This document shows, one piece after another, positions 1-9,704 of a stretch of 64,000 bases of DNA; within the stretch, counting starts at the first letter, position 1, and each line of letters opens with the position of its first letter. The DNA lies in NCBI GenBank assembly GCA_023898465.1, contig CP060223.1, positions 832,001 to 896,000 on the forward strand, written 5' to 3'. The stretch comes from Candidatus Nomurabacteria bacterium. GTDB lineage: Bacteria; Patescibacteriota; Patescibacteriia; HK-STAS-PATE-3. Under the pieces are notes generated by a model. It ran no database searches and was not told where the DNA came from. It saw only the letters and a program-made list of their open reading frames with translations. Made by a program: the position numbers and the translations under genes.

Positions 1-2112
1 GACGCCCAGCGCAATCGCCGGTAAGCCATCGGTGAGCAAATTAATCCAGAGAATGTGCACTGGTAGAAGAATCGGCTCAGAAAAAGGCAAAGCAACTGCA
101 GCGATAAAGAGTACGGCGATCTCTGCCACGTTTGAGGTAAGGAGATAATTAATAAACTTCTGGATGTTTTCAAAAATGCGGCGACCTTCTCGTACGGCTG
201 ATTGAATCGTAACAAAGTTGTCATCTAGTAATATAATATCGCTTGCCTCACGTGCCACTGCAGTTCCGCTTTTACCCATTGCAATACCTACGTCAGCTCT
301 TTTCAACGCCAGGGCATCATTTACTCCATCGCCAGTCATGGCCACATTGCCATCCTTTTGAAGCGCTTCCATAATGCGAATTTTTTGCAACGGCGAGGTA
401 CGGGCAAAAATGTTTACCCCACCTTGCAGTGCCCTACGAAGCTGAGCATCGGACATGCTGTCCAGTTGCGCACCCTCAATAGCTCCATTACTAGTGAGTT
501 GTACTCTCTGGGCAATTGCCTGAGCAGTCAAGGCGCTATCTCCGGTAATCATCACCACGCGAATTCCCGCCTGTCTACATTGTGCAACTGCATCCTTCAC
601 CTCTTCTCGCGGAGGATCAATGACCGCCACTAGTCCCACCCAAGTCATATTCTTCTCTTCAGCTTTGTTCGCATCCTTTGCACTAGCTCGCGCAAAGCCC
701 AACATGCGTAAACCTTGACTGGAAAGTTGCGTAATCTGCTGGGTAATTATTTTACGCTGGGCAGCGCTAATTTTTTGCACTTTATCTCCAAGCAAAACTT
801 GAGTGCAGCGCTGTAAGATTTGTTCGGGAGCGCCTTTGGTATATACGAGAAGCTGCTTATCTTGCTTCGCGCGCGCAATAATACTCATCATCATTCGATC
901 TGAGGTGAAAGGAATCTCATGTACTCGCTTCAAGGATTTTTGAATGCGCTCGCGAGATGCCGGAAAACGCTCAGCGAATTTGAGTAGCGCTATTTCAATT
1001 TGATCACCGAGGTAAGCTTCTTGACCGTCTCGATTCTTCCCTTTTCGTGCGTTGTTATTTATCAGCATGCCAGTAAGTAGCTCGGGAATATTTTTTTGAT
1101 CTGCTGCGTCGGCATCAAAAATTCCATGCACCGTTGCAAGCGCAGTTACTGACATTTCATTCTTTGTCAGTGTGCCTGTTTTATCCGTACCTATGACCGA
1201 AACAGCCCCAATTGATTCAACAGCTGATAAACGACGAATGAGCGCCTTATGCTGTGCCATATCACGAGCACCCATAGTCATCACTAAGGTGAGCACTGCG
1301 GGTAAACCCTCCGGTATTGCCGCTACTGCTAAGGAGATAGCAATGAAGATAGCATCAAGTACGTCATATTTTAATAAGCTTATGAGTGCAAAAAGCACTA
1401 GGAGGATAAGCACGAAGCGGACGGCCCGTCGGGAGAATTGATCAATCTCTTGATGGAAAGGTGAATTACCATCCTCCAGCACATTCAATCGCTCAGCAAT
1501 TTCACCCATCCGAGTTTTCATACCAATTCGCTCTACTCGACCAATAGCGTTACCAGATGTCACAAAAGTACCCATAGCGACTTCATGCTGCTGATAACGA
1601 GCCACTGCGGCCGATTCGCCGGTCAGCATGGATTCATTTACCATGAGCTCCTGACTTTTTAGCAGCGTCATGTCAGCCGGAACATTATCACCCTCCTGGA
1701 GTACCACGATATCGCCGGGCACGATTCGATCTGCGCTAATAACTCGCTCCACTCCATCTCGGATAACGCGAGCCTCAGGTGCGGCAATTTTTCGTAGCGC
1801 TTGAACTGATTGCTCTGACTTATACTCCTGAATAAAACCAGCCACGCCGGAAATAATTACGATAATAACGATGAGAATAGCATCAAGTCGTATATCGCTA
1901 TGACCAGGAGAGAAAGATAGGGCCCCTGAAATAAGTGCAGCAATCAAAAGCACGACCACCAGTGGTGAAGTAAACTGGCGGAAAAAAATTTGCACAGGGC
2001 TCACCCGTTTACCGACTGCCAGCGTATTCTCACCATAACGAGCACGCTGCGCCCGAACTTGCTGTGAACTCAGGCCTTTTGTTTCGTCTATTTTGTCTTG
2101 AGTTGATTTCGC
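1..2112 (-). CDS. P-type cation-transporting ATPase (P2-type, Ca2+/Mg2+-like); C-terminus runs off the left window edge. Absent from the ORF track because it is partial.
   Basis: Reverse-strand translation reads MAKSTQDKIDETKGL... from 2112. The DKTGTLT phosphorylation motif is encoded near 1165-1185 and GDGVNDAPAL-like GDGVNDALALK near 300-340. TGES is also present. The frame stays open to position 1. Confidence 0.85.
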
Positions 2113-3254
2113 CATCGTGCAGAAAGCTGCGCAAAAAGAAATGGAATAAGCAAAGTGAAACAAATAGTCGAAGCTATAATCACCGAATAAAGTCCAACAT
2201 CAATCAGGCCGTTATCAAAGAGTAGCTTCACAATAATAATGCTGGTGCTGAAACGAACAGATAGTCCTATACCGAGTAAAATAGCCCCCCGTCCACCAAA
2301 CTCCTTCTTGCCCATAACAATACTCGCCAGGAGCTTAGCCAGACCAGCCACTACTATAAGCGCAGCAATTTGCCAGAGATGTCCACCAACGTATTGCAAA
2401 TCTAGAGATGCGCCAACCCACACAAAAAAGATTGGAGCAAAGAAGCCATAGGCGATGGTGCGCAAATCAGTTTCAATAAACTTCAAGCGTGCAGTTGGGA
2501 TAAAATTACGTAGGGCCACACCGGCCAGCAAAGCACCTAGCGCAGTCGCCTCGGCAAAAGAACCAACTGCCAAGAAAAGGAAAAGACCAAACATGGTCAT
2601 GAGAAAAAGGGTTTCCACCTGAGAAAACGCGAACCGCTGGCGCTCTGCTCGCAAGTAAGAAAAAAGTGCGGTCAATCCAAATAAACCTAGGAGACCAAGG
2701 AAAACAACAGCAACGTGGACGGAGATATTTACCGCACTCGTACCAAGTAATAAAGATACGAAAATGAGACTGATAATTTCAACGATGTCATCTAGGGTTC
2801 CTATACCAATAATCGCCTGCCCGACTGGCGTACGAATAAGCTTAGAGGCATCAAGTATTGGCACTAGGATTGCCTCGCCGACTGTGGCAAAAGACAGACC
2901 AACCAAGATAGCGATATCCCATGAAACCTGAAAAAGGGTATGCACTAATATGCTGCCCAATAATGCCTCAAAGAGAATAATGACAAAAGCCGAGCTTGCT
3001 AAAAACGCTCCTTTCTTCCGCATGTCTTGTACATCCACCTCAAAACCAATGATGAAGAGTAGGAGGTACATACCTAATTGAGCCAGGAAGGAAAAAGTTT
3101 CTCCGTTGGTAATAGTGGAAAAAGGATTTCCTATGGCGAGTATTGTTCCAAGTATCAGCGCGGCAAAGACCCACGGCACTTTCACTCGCTCAATCAACCT
3201 CCCTACCAGGAGAGTGAACAAAAAGACGACGCTTAAAAAGAGATAAATACTCAT
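2088..3254 (-). CDS. Cation:proton antiporter (CPA2 / Kef-NapA-like Na+(K+)/H+ exchanger family) membrane protein
   Basis: 388 aa with about 12 hydrophobic segments and a typical CPA layout (FIIGFEVD, GLSVRFS-like loops). Its last ~25 nt overlap the ATPase start. Confidence 0.65.
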   Translation of the reverse strand: MSIYLFLSVVFLFTLLVGRLIERVKVPWVFAALILGTILAIGNPFSTITNGETFSFLAQLGMYLLLFIIGFEVDVQDMRKKGAFLASSAFVIILFEALLGSILVHTLFQVSWDIAILVGLSFATVGEAILVPILDASKLIRTPVGQAIIGIGTLDDIVEIISLIFVSLLLGTSAVNISVHVAVVFLGLLGLFGLTALFSYLRAERQRFAFSQVETLFLMTMFGLFLFLAVGSFAEATALGALLAGVALRNFIPTARLKFIETDLRTIAYGFFAPIFFVWVGASLDLQYVGGHLWQIAALIVVAGLAKLLASIVMGKKEFGGRGAILLGIGLSVRFSTSIIIVKLLFDNGLIDVGLYSVIIASTICFTLLIPFLFAQLSARWRNQLKTK

Positions 3255-3309
3255 TACTCTGTAGTATTGCGCGATTTATGCTTCAACGCAAACGGTATCT
3301 AGTCTCTTT

Positions 3310-3344
3310 ACAAATTTTCCAGACTAGGTTACGATGCGATGCCG
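3310..3344 (+). promoter_or_regulatory. sigma70-like promoter TTTACA-17-TACGAT with a 7-bp inverted repeat (ctagtct/agactag) across the spacer
   Basis: Hexamers and spacing read directly; an SD (aagaggag) follows before the ATG at 3371. Confidence 0.4.
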
Positions 3345-3370
3345 TTCTTTCCACCAAAGAGGAGATTCGC

Positions 3371-3613
3371 ATGATTATCAATGCACCGCTCCGCAACAAG
3401 ATTGGCCATGATGTGGCCAGACGAGCTGAGGATCGCTTCGAGGATCCTGCATGCCACGTGCACAAGGATCGCTGTCCTGACTGCGACGAAAACACCTTGG
3501 AGCTGCATCGACTCGACAAGGGCGACATCGTTGCCCACTGCCCTTGCGGTTTCCGCGAGCAAGGCACCTGGTCACGCCGCTCCGCAACCCAAAGCACCCC
3601 CAAATCTCCCTAG
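3371..3613 (+). CDS. Small Cys-rich hypothetical protein (80 aa, zinc-ribbon-like CxxxxxxCPDC...HCPCG); high-GC gene
   Basis: Strong SD aagaggag 7 nt upstream of the ATG at 3371. Local GC is clearly above the flanks. The longer 3278 start lacks an SD. Confidence 0.5.
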   Translation: MIINAPLRNKIGHDVARRAEDRFEDPACHVHKDRCPDCDENTLELHRLDKGDIVAHCPCGFREQGTWSRRSATQSTPKSP

Positions 3614-3628
3614 GGGGTGTTTTTTCTT
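3595..3628 (+). terminator. Rho-independent terminator (caccccc-N11-gggggtg then T6), stop codon in the loop
   Basis: 7-bp GC stem followed by tttttt, read directly. Confidence 0.7.
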
Positions 3629-3636
3629 TCCTCGAA

Positions 3637-4920
3637 CTACTGTGGGGCTCTTTTTATATAGCAATATTCACCAAACACTAATAATGTCCAAAATAAAATG
3701 GCCAAATCGTTTTTAAAATACGGCACATCAACCAGGCCATGACCTAGTAAAGCAGTCATGGCAAGAAGCAAGGCAAGGGCAAAAGCTTTTTCCTGACCCT
3801 GGGCAACGCGATAGGCAGTAATGACATTGCGATAGTAGCGAAGGATGAGAAGAAGAAAAAGCAACAAACCAAGCGCGCCCATTTCAGACCAGAAGTTCAA
3901 CACCACATTATGCGGATACTGCAGCAACTCCACGTGTGCAGCGTCCCGATACACATCGTAGAGAGCCGGGAATCCAGCCATGCCTGCACCGGTAATTGGA
4001 TTTGCCCGGAGCATGTCCCAAGTGCCTTGCCATAAACGCAAACGCACATCGTCTGAGGTATCACTAAAGGTTAAACGGCTTATGGCGTAATCGCGGGTTT
4101 GCGGTATCGCAAAGATGAGGGCGAGGAGAATCAGGCCAACAGCTACCCACTTCTTCCTCTGCTTGCTCAAGAGGGCCCATAAGACCAGCGCCATGGCAAT
4201 TCCCAACAAGGCACCTTCGGATACTGCTAATGTAATAGCGATGAGTCCGAAAAAAAGTACGGCCCAACGGAAATAGCGTTCATGGCGCGCTAGACTGCCG
4301 AGCTGGGCAAGTAAACCAAAGTACAGGGCAACGATCGGAGCGACAAGTAAACCAACCGCATTTGGGAAATCAAATACTGATGAGAAACGCGGCGGGATTT
4401 CTTGACTCCAGGGCAATGGGGAAGGAATAAGTGTGGCGAGTTGAAAGATACTTACCAGACCAATAAGTATTACACCAATACCAAGCACGCGAATTGACCA
4501 GAGCTTCAAGCCCGGTTCCTGACCTAGAGTAAAGTAAAAAACAATCGCAAAAAGCACTGGCTCAAGAATATATGCGCGCCATAACCCTAAACCGGCAATT
4601 GAATCGGCTGACCAAAACGTGGCAAGGAGGCCGGCAATTATCCAAAAAAGCGCCAAGCCAAAAAAATTACCAGGTAGGCCTTTTCGTATCGCTCTATAGA
4701 CTTTCCATATGCTTCGTTCCCGTCGTAACATTTCCCAGCCCCAGGCAATGAAGAGGATGACGAGGAAAAATTCTAACAAGGTAGTTGGTACGCCCACCAG
4801 CGAAAAACGAATAAGGTAAGACGGCAGAAACATCAGAATGAAAATAACCCCCCAGGAGCGTTTGTAAAATACTGCAGTGGTATAGAGGATTAAACTTGTC
4901 GCAACAAGGACGGGGGTCAT
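3637..4920 (-). CDS. O-antigen ligase / Wzy-like polymerase family membrane protein (paralog 1)
   Basis: 427 aa polytopic protein with a Wzy_C-like central block (LSEGALLGIAMALVLWALL) and a large loop between TM helices. 4-nt overlap with the upstream gene. Confidence 0.55.
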   Translation of the reverse strand: MTPVLVATSLILYTTAVFYKRSWGVIFILMFLPSYLIRFSLVGVPTTLLEFFLVILFIAWGWEMLRRERSIWKVYRAIRKGLPGNFFGLALFWIIAGLLATFWSADSIAGLGLWRAYILEPVLFAIVFYFTLGQEPGLKLWSIRVLGIGVILIGLVSIFQLATLIPSPLPWSQEIPPRFSSVFDFPNAVGLLVAPIVALYFGLLAQLGSLARHERYFRWAVLFFGLIAITLAVSEGALLGIAMALVLWALLSKQRKKWVAVGLILLALIFAIPQTRDYAISRLTFSDTSDDVRLRLWQGTWDMLRANPITGAGMAGFPALYDVYRDAAHVELLQYPHNVVLNFWSEMGALGLLLFLLLILRYYRNVITAYRVAQGQEKAFALALLLAMTALLGHGLVDVPYFKNDLAILFWTLLVFGEYCYIKRAPQ

Positions 4921-6335
4921 GACTGTTTTTGTAGGCTAATATTCTGCACCGCTACCATCAAACCAAAGAGGAACCAGATATGCATGATGAAGAGAATGGA
5001 GAAAGTGTTGTACTGAATAAGTATACCAATAAAAGCAAGAAGGAGAGCAAACATCACCGCACGCAGATATGGATCGCGACTATATCGAATCGCTTTGATT
5101 GATCGCCAGAACAGCACAACCAACAAGGAGAGATAGGCAAAGAAGCCAAGGAGGCCCGTCTCAGCCAAAAGCTCCAGAAACTCATTATTCACAATCAACC
5201 AACCATTGGGCGGCTGGACCAGTGCAATATCAGCCACAGCTGGGCCAAAGTTACCAACTCCTACGCCAAGATAAGGATGGGCCTGGAACAAATCCCACGC
5301 TTGGGTAAAGGTCTCGGCACGATCAAAGTAAGAAGCGCCACTAAAAATATCCGTCGCCTGTTTAGTAAAGGTATCAACCGACTCCTGAGTATCACCGCTG
5401 AGACCGAGGAACTGCACTGCTCCCCATCCAACAATCAAAGCAACAACTACCCCGAGCACAATCCAATGCGGAGTAAATACCTTTTTCCAATACACTAAAG
5501 CTAAAATCATGAGCATGACCGCAAAGGAGATGTAGGCGCCACGAGAAAGAGTCAGCACAAAGTTCACACCCAGTAACAGTATAAAGGCGACCAGGAAGAG
5601 ACGCGATTGCTTGCCCTTACCTGAAAGCACAAAAACTAGCGCAAGACTCAATGGGATCAACAAAAAGTTTGCGTAGTAAAGTGGCTCGAGAAAAGTCGAT
5701 TGAATGCGTGGGAAACCAAATACGTCGCTGGTGTAGAGATCACGTAAGCCGGTCAGAGAAGGAGGTAGGCCAACTAAATCTCCCATGAACTGATAAAGCC
5801 CAAATACACCGATGATGCTAGTGCTCACGAAAAGGATAGTAATGAGCTTATCCAAATCATTGCGTCCCCGGATAAGCTGCGGTACTAACCAACTCACAAT
5901 AACAGTAAAGGCAACAAAGACCCAAACCGTTGTTGCTCGGAAAGCATTCTCTGCCTGACTAATCGACACCAGCGCAATGAGTAAGAAGAGGACTCCTAAC
6001 CAAAAAGTTGGATTAGGTCGGAAACTCCATCGCTTACGTGTAAGAAGGAGGAGCAACCAAGCTACTAAAGTTAGCCCTCCAAATACCTGACTGGAACGTA
6101 GGGTAAATCCAGCAATATCAACTGACCCTACCCGCTCAAAAGGCAGGAGAAAAACCACCGCCAACAAACCAAAGCGCGGTGAACGCACCGTTAGGTACAC
6201 TAGCACTAAAAAGATACATAAGCCGATAATGCTGCTAAAGCCGAGTATGCCAAATTTTGCGACAGCAGCAGCGCCAAATAGGGTCAGAATACTACCGAGC
6301 AGCCAACTAGGCCATGTGGTGGGGAGGATTTTCAT
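4917..6335 (-). CDS. O-antigen ligase / Wzy-like family membrane protein (paralog 2)
   Basis: 472 aa polytopic protein with a LSRGAYISFAVML-like Wzy_C block. Overlaps the GT2 gene end. Confidence 0.55.
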   Translation of the reverse strand: MKILPTTWPSWLLGSILTLFGAAAVAKFGILGFSSIIGLCIFLVLVYLTVRSPRFGLLAVVFLLPFERVGSVDIAGFTLRSSQVFGGLTLVAWLLLLLTRKRWSFRPNPTFWLGVLFLLIALVSISQAENAFRATTVWVFVAFTVIVSWLVPQLIRGRNDLDKLITILFVSTSIIGVFGLYQFMGDLVGLPPSLTGLRDLYTSDVFGFPRIQSTFLEPLYYANFLLIPLSLALVFVLSGKGKQSRLFLVAFILLLGVNFVLTLSRGAYISFAVMLMILALVYWKKVFTPHWIVLGVVVALIVGWGAVQFLGLSGDTQESVDTFTKQATDIFSGASYFDRAETFTQAWDLFQAHPYLGVGVGNFGPAVADIALVQPPNGWLIVNNEFLELLAETGLLGFFAYLSLLVVLFWRSIKAIRYSRDPYLRAVMFALLLAFIGILIQYNTFSILFIMHIWFLFGLMVAVQNISLQKQS

Positions 6336-7227
6336 GCTTATGCTTTAGCATACCATATCGACGGAGGCCAGCCCGAAATCCCCAATACGGCGTCAGTAAC
6401 CAGTCAGGATGCCCTTTTCCATAGTAAAACATGCAAGAAAGGATTGCCCGTAGCTTACGCAAGAAAAAATGTGGGAGCTGCCAGCGAGAAAAATGCTTCA
6501 GCATGAAATAAAATTCGTTGGCAAAAAAATCTTCATACCATTGTCGGCGCTGGGCATTGCGACTGCCACCACTATGATAGGCCAGGTGCACCACAGTCAC
6601 GGTCGGATCAAAGACAAGCTTCCAGCCAGCCTTCACCACGCGGAGAGAAAAATCCGTCTCTTCCCGCATTGCATTCCCTACAAACTGCGTATCAAAACCA
6701 CCGGCCTGATGTACCGCCTCAGCCCGAAAAGACATGTGCCCACCACGAGGCGCGTTAATTTCCACCCGTTCATGTCCTGTTGCATTTGCGTATACCCGAC
6801 CGGTCTCATCGACCCAACACGCTCGACCGCTTTGCTCTTTATTCAGCTGAGTATTTCTATCTTCGACTCGACCGCCAACTCCACCTATCTCTGGATCAGC
6901 ATAATTTACCACGTGCTTCTGGAGCAGGAGCGGGTCACGAACCTCAGTATCATCATCGAGGAAAAGAAAAATCGAACCGTTTGCATGCTCTACTCCAACA
7001 TTCCGTGAGTGACAAGTCCCTTTTGCTTCAACGTGATGATACTGTACTTTCTTTGGATGTTCAGCCACCATCGACTGTAGGGCTGTATTTACCACTGCGC
7101 TTGAATCAACTACCACAATTTCATAATCCGGATAATCCTCTTGTAAGAGATCCTTTACCAAGGCAAGGACGATTTCTGGACGATTCAAGGTTGGAATGAT
7201 AACTGAGACCTTTGGCGTGTTAGACAT
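6307..7227 (-). CDS. Family 2 glycosyltransferase (GT2)
   Basis: VSVIIPTLNRPE...VVDSS...DDD(TE) motifs of GT-A fold GT2. Start chosen at MSNTPKV (7227) because the longer ORF start overlaps the flippase. Confidence 0.8.
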   Translation of the reverse strand: MSNTPKVSVIIPTLNRPEIVLALVKDLLQEDYPDYEIVVVDSSAVVNTALQSMVAEHPKKVQYHHVEAKGTCHSRNVGVEHANGSIFLFLDDDTEVRDPLLLQKHVVNYADPEIGGVGGRVEDRNTQLNKEQSGRACWVDETGRVYANATGHERVEINAPRGGHMSFRAEAVHQAGGFDTQFVGNAMREETDFSLRVVKAGWKLVFDPTVTVVHLAYHSGGSRNAQRRQWYEDFFANEFYFMLKHFSRWQLPHFFLRKLRAILSCMFYYGKGHPDWLLTPYWGFRAGLRRYGMLKHKHENPPHHMA

Positions 7228-8671
7228 CGGGCCCTCCACTCTCTGATCCACCGAAGCGACTAGGCAGTAACTCGCGAATCAATTGCGCATCAAAGCCCTT
7301 CACTAAATAGAGGGCTGCGGCGTACACACCAAACGCAAAAGCCACCTGCACCAAAACGTGCATGCTCGAAGTTAACCAAATCACTGCGGCCATAGGTATA
7401 CTCGCCGCCAGGGCACGTAACGCGTACTTGAAATGAAGCTGGAAACCAACTCGACGACGAATCAACCAGTAACCAACAAACATGATAGTGAATTCGGTTA
7501 ACACGGTTCCCACTGCCGCACCATAATATGAAAAAGGAGGAATGAGCACAACGTAACTGATTAGCCCAAGGGCTGCCACCACGAGATACGCCCAAACCAT
7601 TTTACGCTGGGCATTAATTGCCACGATAGTGTGTCCAGATAAACTACCAAGGAAGAGGAAACCAACAGCAAAAATAAGCACCTGGAAGATTGGGCCGGCC
7701 GCGGCGTACTCCTCACTGCCACTGATGAAAGCAATGAGAGGCCCGGCAATTAAAAAGCCGCCGATGATTAGAGGAATCGTTGCCATGAGTAGTGCATCAA
7801 AAGAACGCTGGAACACATGAATGAAGCGTTCGCGTTGCACAAAAGCTGTCGCAGTTAACACTGGTAGGAGTAAGCCAACAAACATGTTGGGGAAGGTGAT
7901 GAGAATTTCCAGCACCTTATAGGCTGCTCCGTATAAGCCCACATCTTCAGCCGGCTTCATGAGCGAAAGGAAAATGGTATCGAGCCGGAAGTATAAAAGG
8001 TTTAATACTACCGAGAGTGCTAAGGGAGCCGTCTCTTTCAATATGTAGCCCCAGTACGGCCAATCAAAACGGAGTCGAATTGGCTCATACTTTAATGCTG
8101 CGGCAAAAGAGATAAAGAAATTTGTGGCACTACCCAATACCACCGCAGCAATGATGGCCAACAGACCCATCTGCAATGCAATGACTCCCATAACTCCACC
8201 CAGTAATACGACGCGGCCGGCCACCTCCCCTAAGACCACCCAGCGCATGGCCAGATGCTTTTGAAAAATGCCAACCAGCAACTGATTCATGGCAATGAAG
8301 AAAAAGGAAAATACTCCGACCACCATACCTTGGCGAACCAGTGGACCATAAGGAAGGAGGAAGGCGATAAGTAGGCCAATGCCTAACAAAAGCACTGCTG
8401 CAAAAATTCGGACACCGAGAATATTCCCTATCGCGTGCTCAGCATTTGCCTCTGGCTTAGAAATCTCTCTCACCAAAATTAAGTACAAGCCAAGGTCCGC
8501 TACAACGGAGAAAAAGCCAAGATAGGCAATTACTGTCGTGTAATATCCATACTCACCAGGACTGAGGTAACGCAGCATAAGAACCACGGTAATGAAACCG
8601 AGGGCAGTGCCAATCACCTTGCCAATAAACTGCAAAATCGTATTGCGTCCAACTTGTCCAGCTAAACTCAT
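7220..8671 (-). CDS. Polysaccharide biosynthesis flippase (Wzx-type, MOP superfamily)
   Basis: 483 aa with about 12-14 TM segments. The N-terminal LQFIGKVIGTALGFITVVLMLRYLSPGEYGYY region is typical of Wzx/RfbX proteins. Confidence 0.75.
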   Translation of the reverse strand: MSLAGQVGRNTILQFIGKVIGTALGFITVVLMLRYLSPGEYGYYTTVIAYLGFFSVVADLGLYLILVREISKPEANAEHAIGNILGVRIFAAVLLLGIGLLIAFLLPYGPLVRQGMVVGVFSFFFIAMNQLLVGIFQKHLAMRWVVLGEVAGRVVLLGGVMGVIALQMGLLAIIAAVVLGSATNFFISFAAALKYEPIRLRFDWPYWGYILKETAPLALSVVLNLLYFRLDTIFLSLMKPAEDVGLYGAAYKVLEILITFPNMFVGLLLPVLTATAFVQRERFIHVFQRSFDALLMATIPLIIGGFLIAGPLIAFISGSEEYAAAGPIFQVLIFAVGFLFLGSLSGHTIVAINAQRKMVWAYLVVAALGLISYVVLIPPFSYYGAAVGTVLTEFTIMFVGYWLIRRRVGFQLHFKYALRALAASIPMAAVIWLTSSMHVLVQVAFAFGVYAAALYLVKGFDAQLIRELLPSRFGGSESGGPDV

Positions 8672-8811
8672 AGGCGCTCCTTATGCGTACTCAGGGTATC
8701 TGGAAATAGCCTTCTGGTCAATTATTCCAATACATAATTGACTTTCAGCGCACGTGTGGTAAAACAAAATCCCCTTTGCTCTTTTCTATCCCGCCTCTCG
8801 AAGGAGTCACT

Positions 8812-9585
8812 ATGGCACGCACGTCCTTTGCTGCTGGTACCATGCCTTCCCTGAAGGGCGAAGAAGAGTACTTCGGTACACAAGATCGGCTTTCAGCGAT
8901 TCTCAACTCACATGGACAAACCCAGGTCCCTGGAGGACCGGAGCTATACCTGCCCCGCTCAGTTGCGGAAGATCGGCAAGTGCCTGTCCGCGGAAATCCA
9001 CCGAATCTGCCACGCGAGCTGGATCACGTCAAAGGCATCATGCCGATTCCGGAAGATGTCCCGGCTGGCGCATATCAGATCTACCTGGTCTATGTCGATC
9101 CCGGATATAGCTACCAGGCAATACAGCGAGTTCTCGCTAGAGACACCGTCCGGCATCCGGCCTTGGTCATTGCCTGCAATGAACTTGATATCCTGGTAGC
9201 GTCGGACGAGCTGTCTCCGTACTGGATCTGGCTTGCCTTTGGCACCACGTCTGCGGGAGTGAGTCCGGCCGACGTTCTGCACACGCTACCACGGGGCGCT
9301 GTTCCTCTCACGATTGTGGAGTGCATGCATCTCCTGGTCCAATACGATTGTCGTGAACTTCTTTCAGACGGCGCTATTCTCTGCGCCGGATCGAGAAGTA
9401 CCAACGGCACACTACCGCTACTGCACTTCCACTCCGCCTTTCCGTTCCGATGGGTGCGCCGTGATCAACCGATCAAGCATCATCCAAACTCGACGCTTCG
9501 GGCAACTACCCTCAACTTCTTCACGCCTTTCCGTCTTCCCCTCAATGACTACAAAGGGAAGCCGGGTAGCGCCGCGAATAACTGA
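8812..9585 (+). CDS. Hypothetical protein (high-GC), no recognisable domain
   Basis: SD gaaggag 7 nt before ATG at 8812 (MARTSF...). Elevated GC. Followed by a hairpin terminator. Confidence 0.45.
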   Translation: MARTSFAAGTMPSLKGEEEYFGTQDRLSAILNSHGQTQVPGGPELYLPRSVAEDRQVPVRGNPPNLPRELDHVKGIMPIPEDVPAGAYQIYLVYVDPGYSYQAIQRVLARDTVRHPALVIACNELDILVASDELSPYWIWLAFGTTSAGVSPADVLHTLPRGAVPLTIVECMHLLVQYDCRELLSDGAILCAGSRSTNGTLPLLHFHSAFPFRWVRRDQPIKHHPNSTLRATTLNFFTPFRLPLNDYKGKPGSAANN

Positions 9586-9593
9586 GCTCCAAC

Positions 9594-9640
9594 GCCTGAT
9601 ACTTACTAGTGTCAGGCGTTTTCCTTTTTCATAAGATTGC
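9594..9640 (+). terminator. Rho-independent terminator (aacgcctga ... tcaggcgtt then ttcctttttc)
   Basis: 9-bp stem plus a T-rich tail, read directly. Confidence 0.65.
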
Positions 9641-9662
9641 CAGTGTCTAGCGAAGGACAGGG

Positions 9663-9692
9663 TTGACAAAAAGGCCTCTTTCATGTATGCTC
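9663..9692 (+). promoter_or_regulatory. Consensus-like sigma70 promoter TTGACA-17-TATGCT
   Basis: ttgacaaaaaggcctctttcatgtatgct read directly. The nearest ATG (9705) is about 7-8 nt downstream of the predicted transcription start, so short-leader or leaderless. Confidence 0.6.
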
Positions 9693-9704
9693 GTCTGTTT
9701 TATG

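Noticed and set aside
3283-3716. Overlapping antisense and alternative-frame ORFs around the Cys-rich small gene
   Set aside because: High-GC DNA generates long open frames on all strands. Only the 3371 frame has an SD and a terminator.
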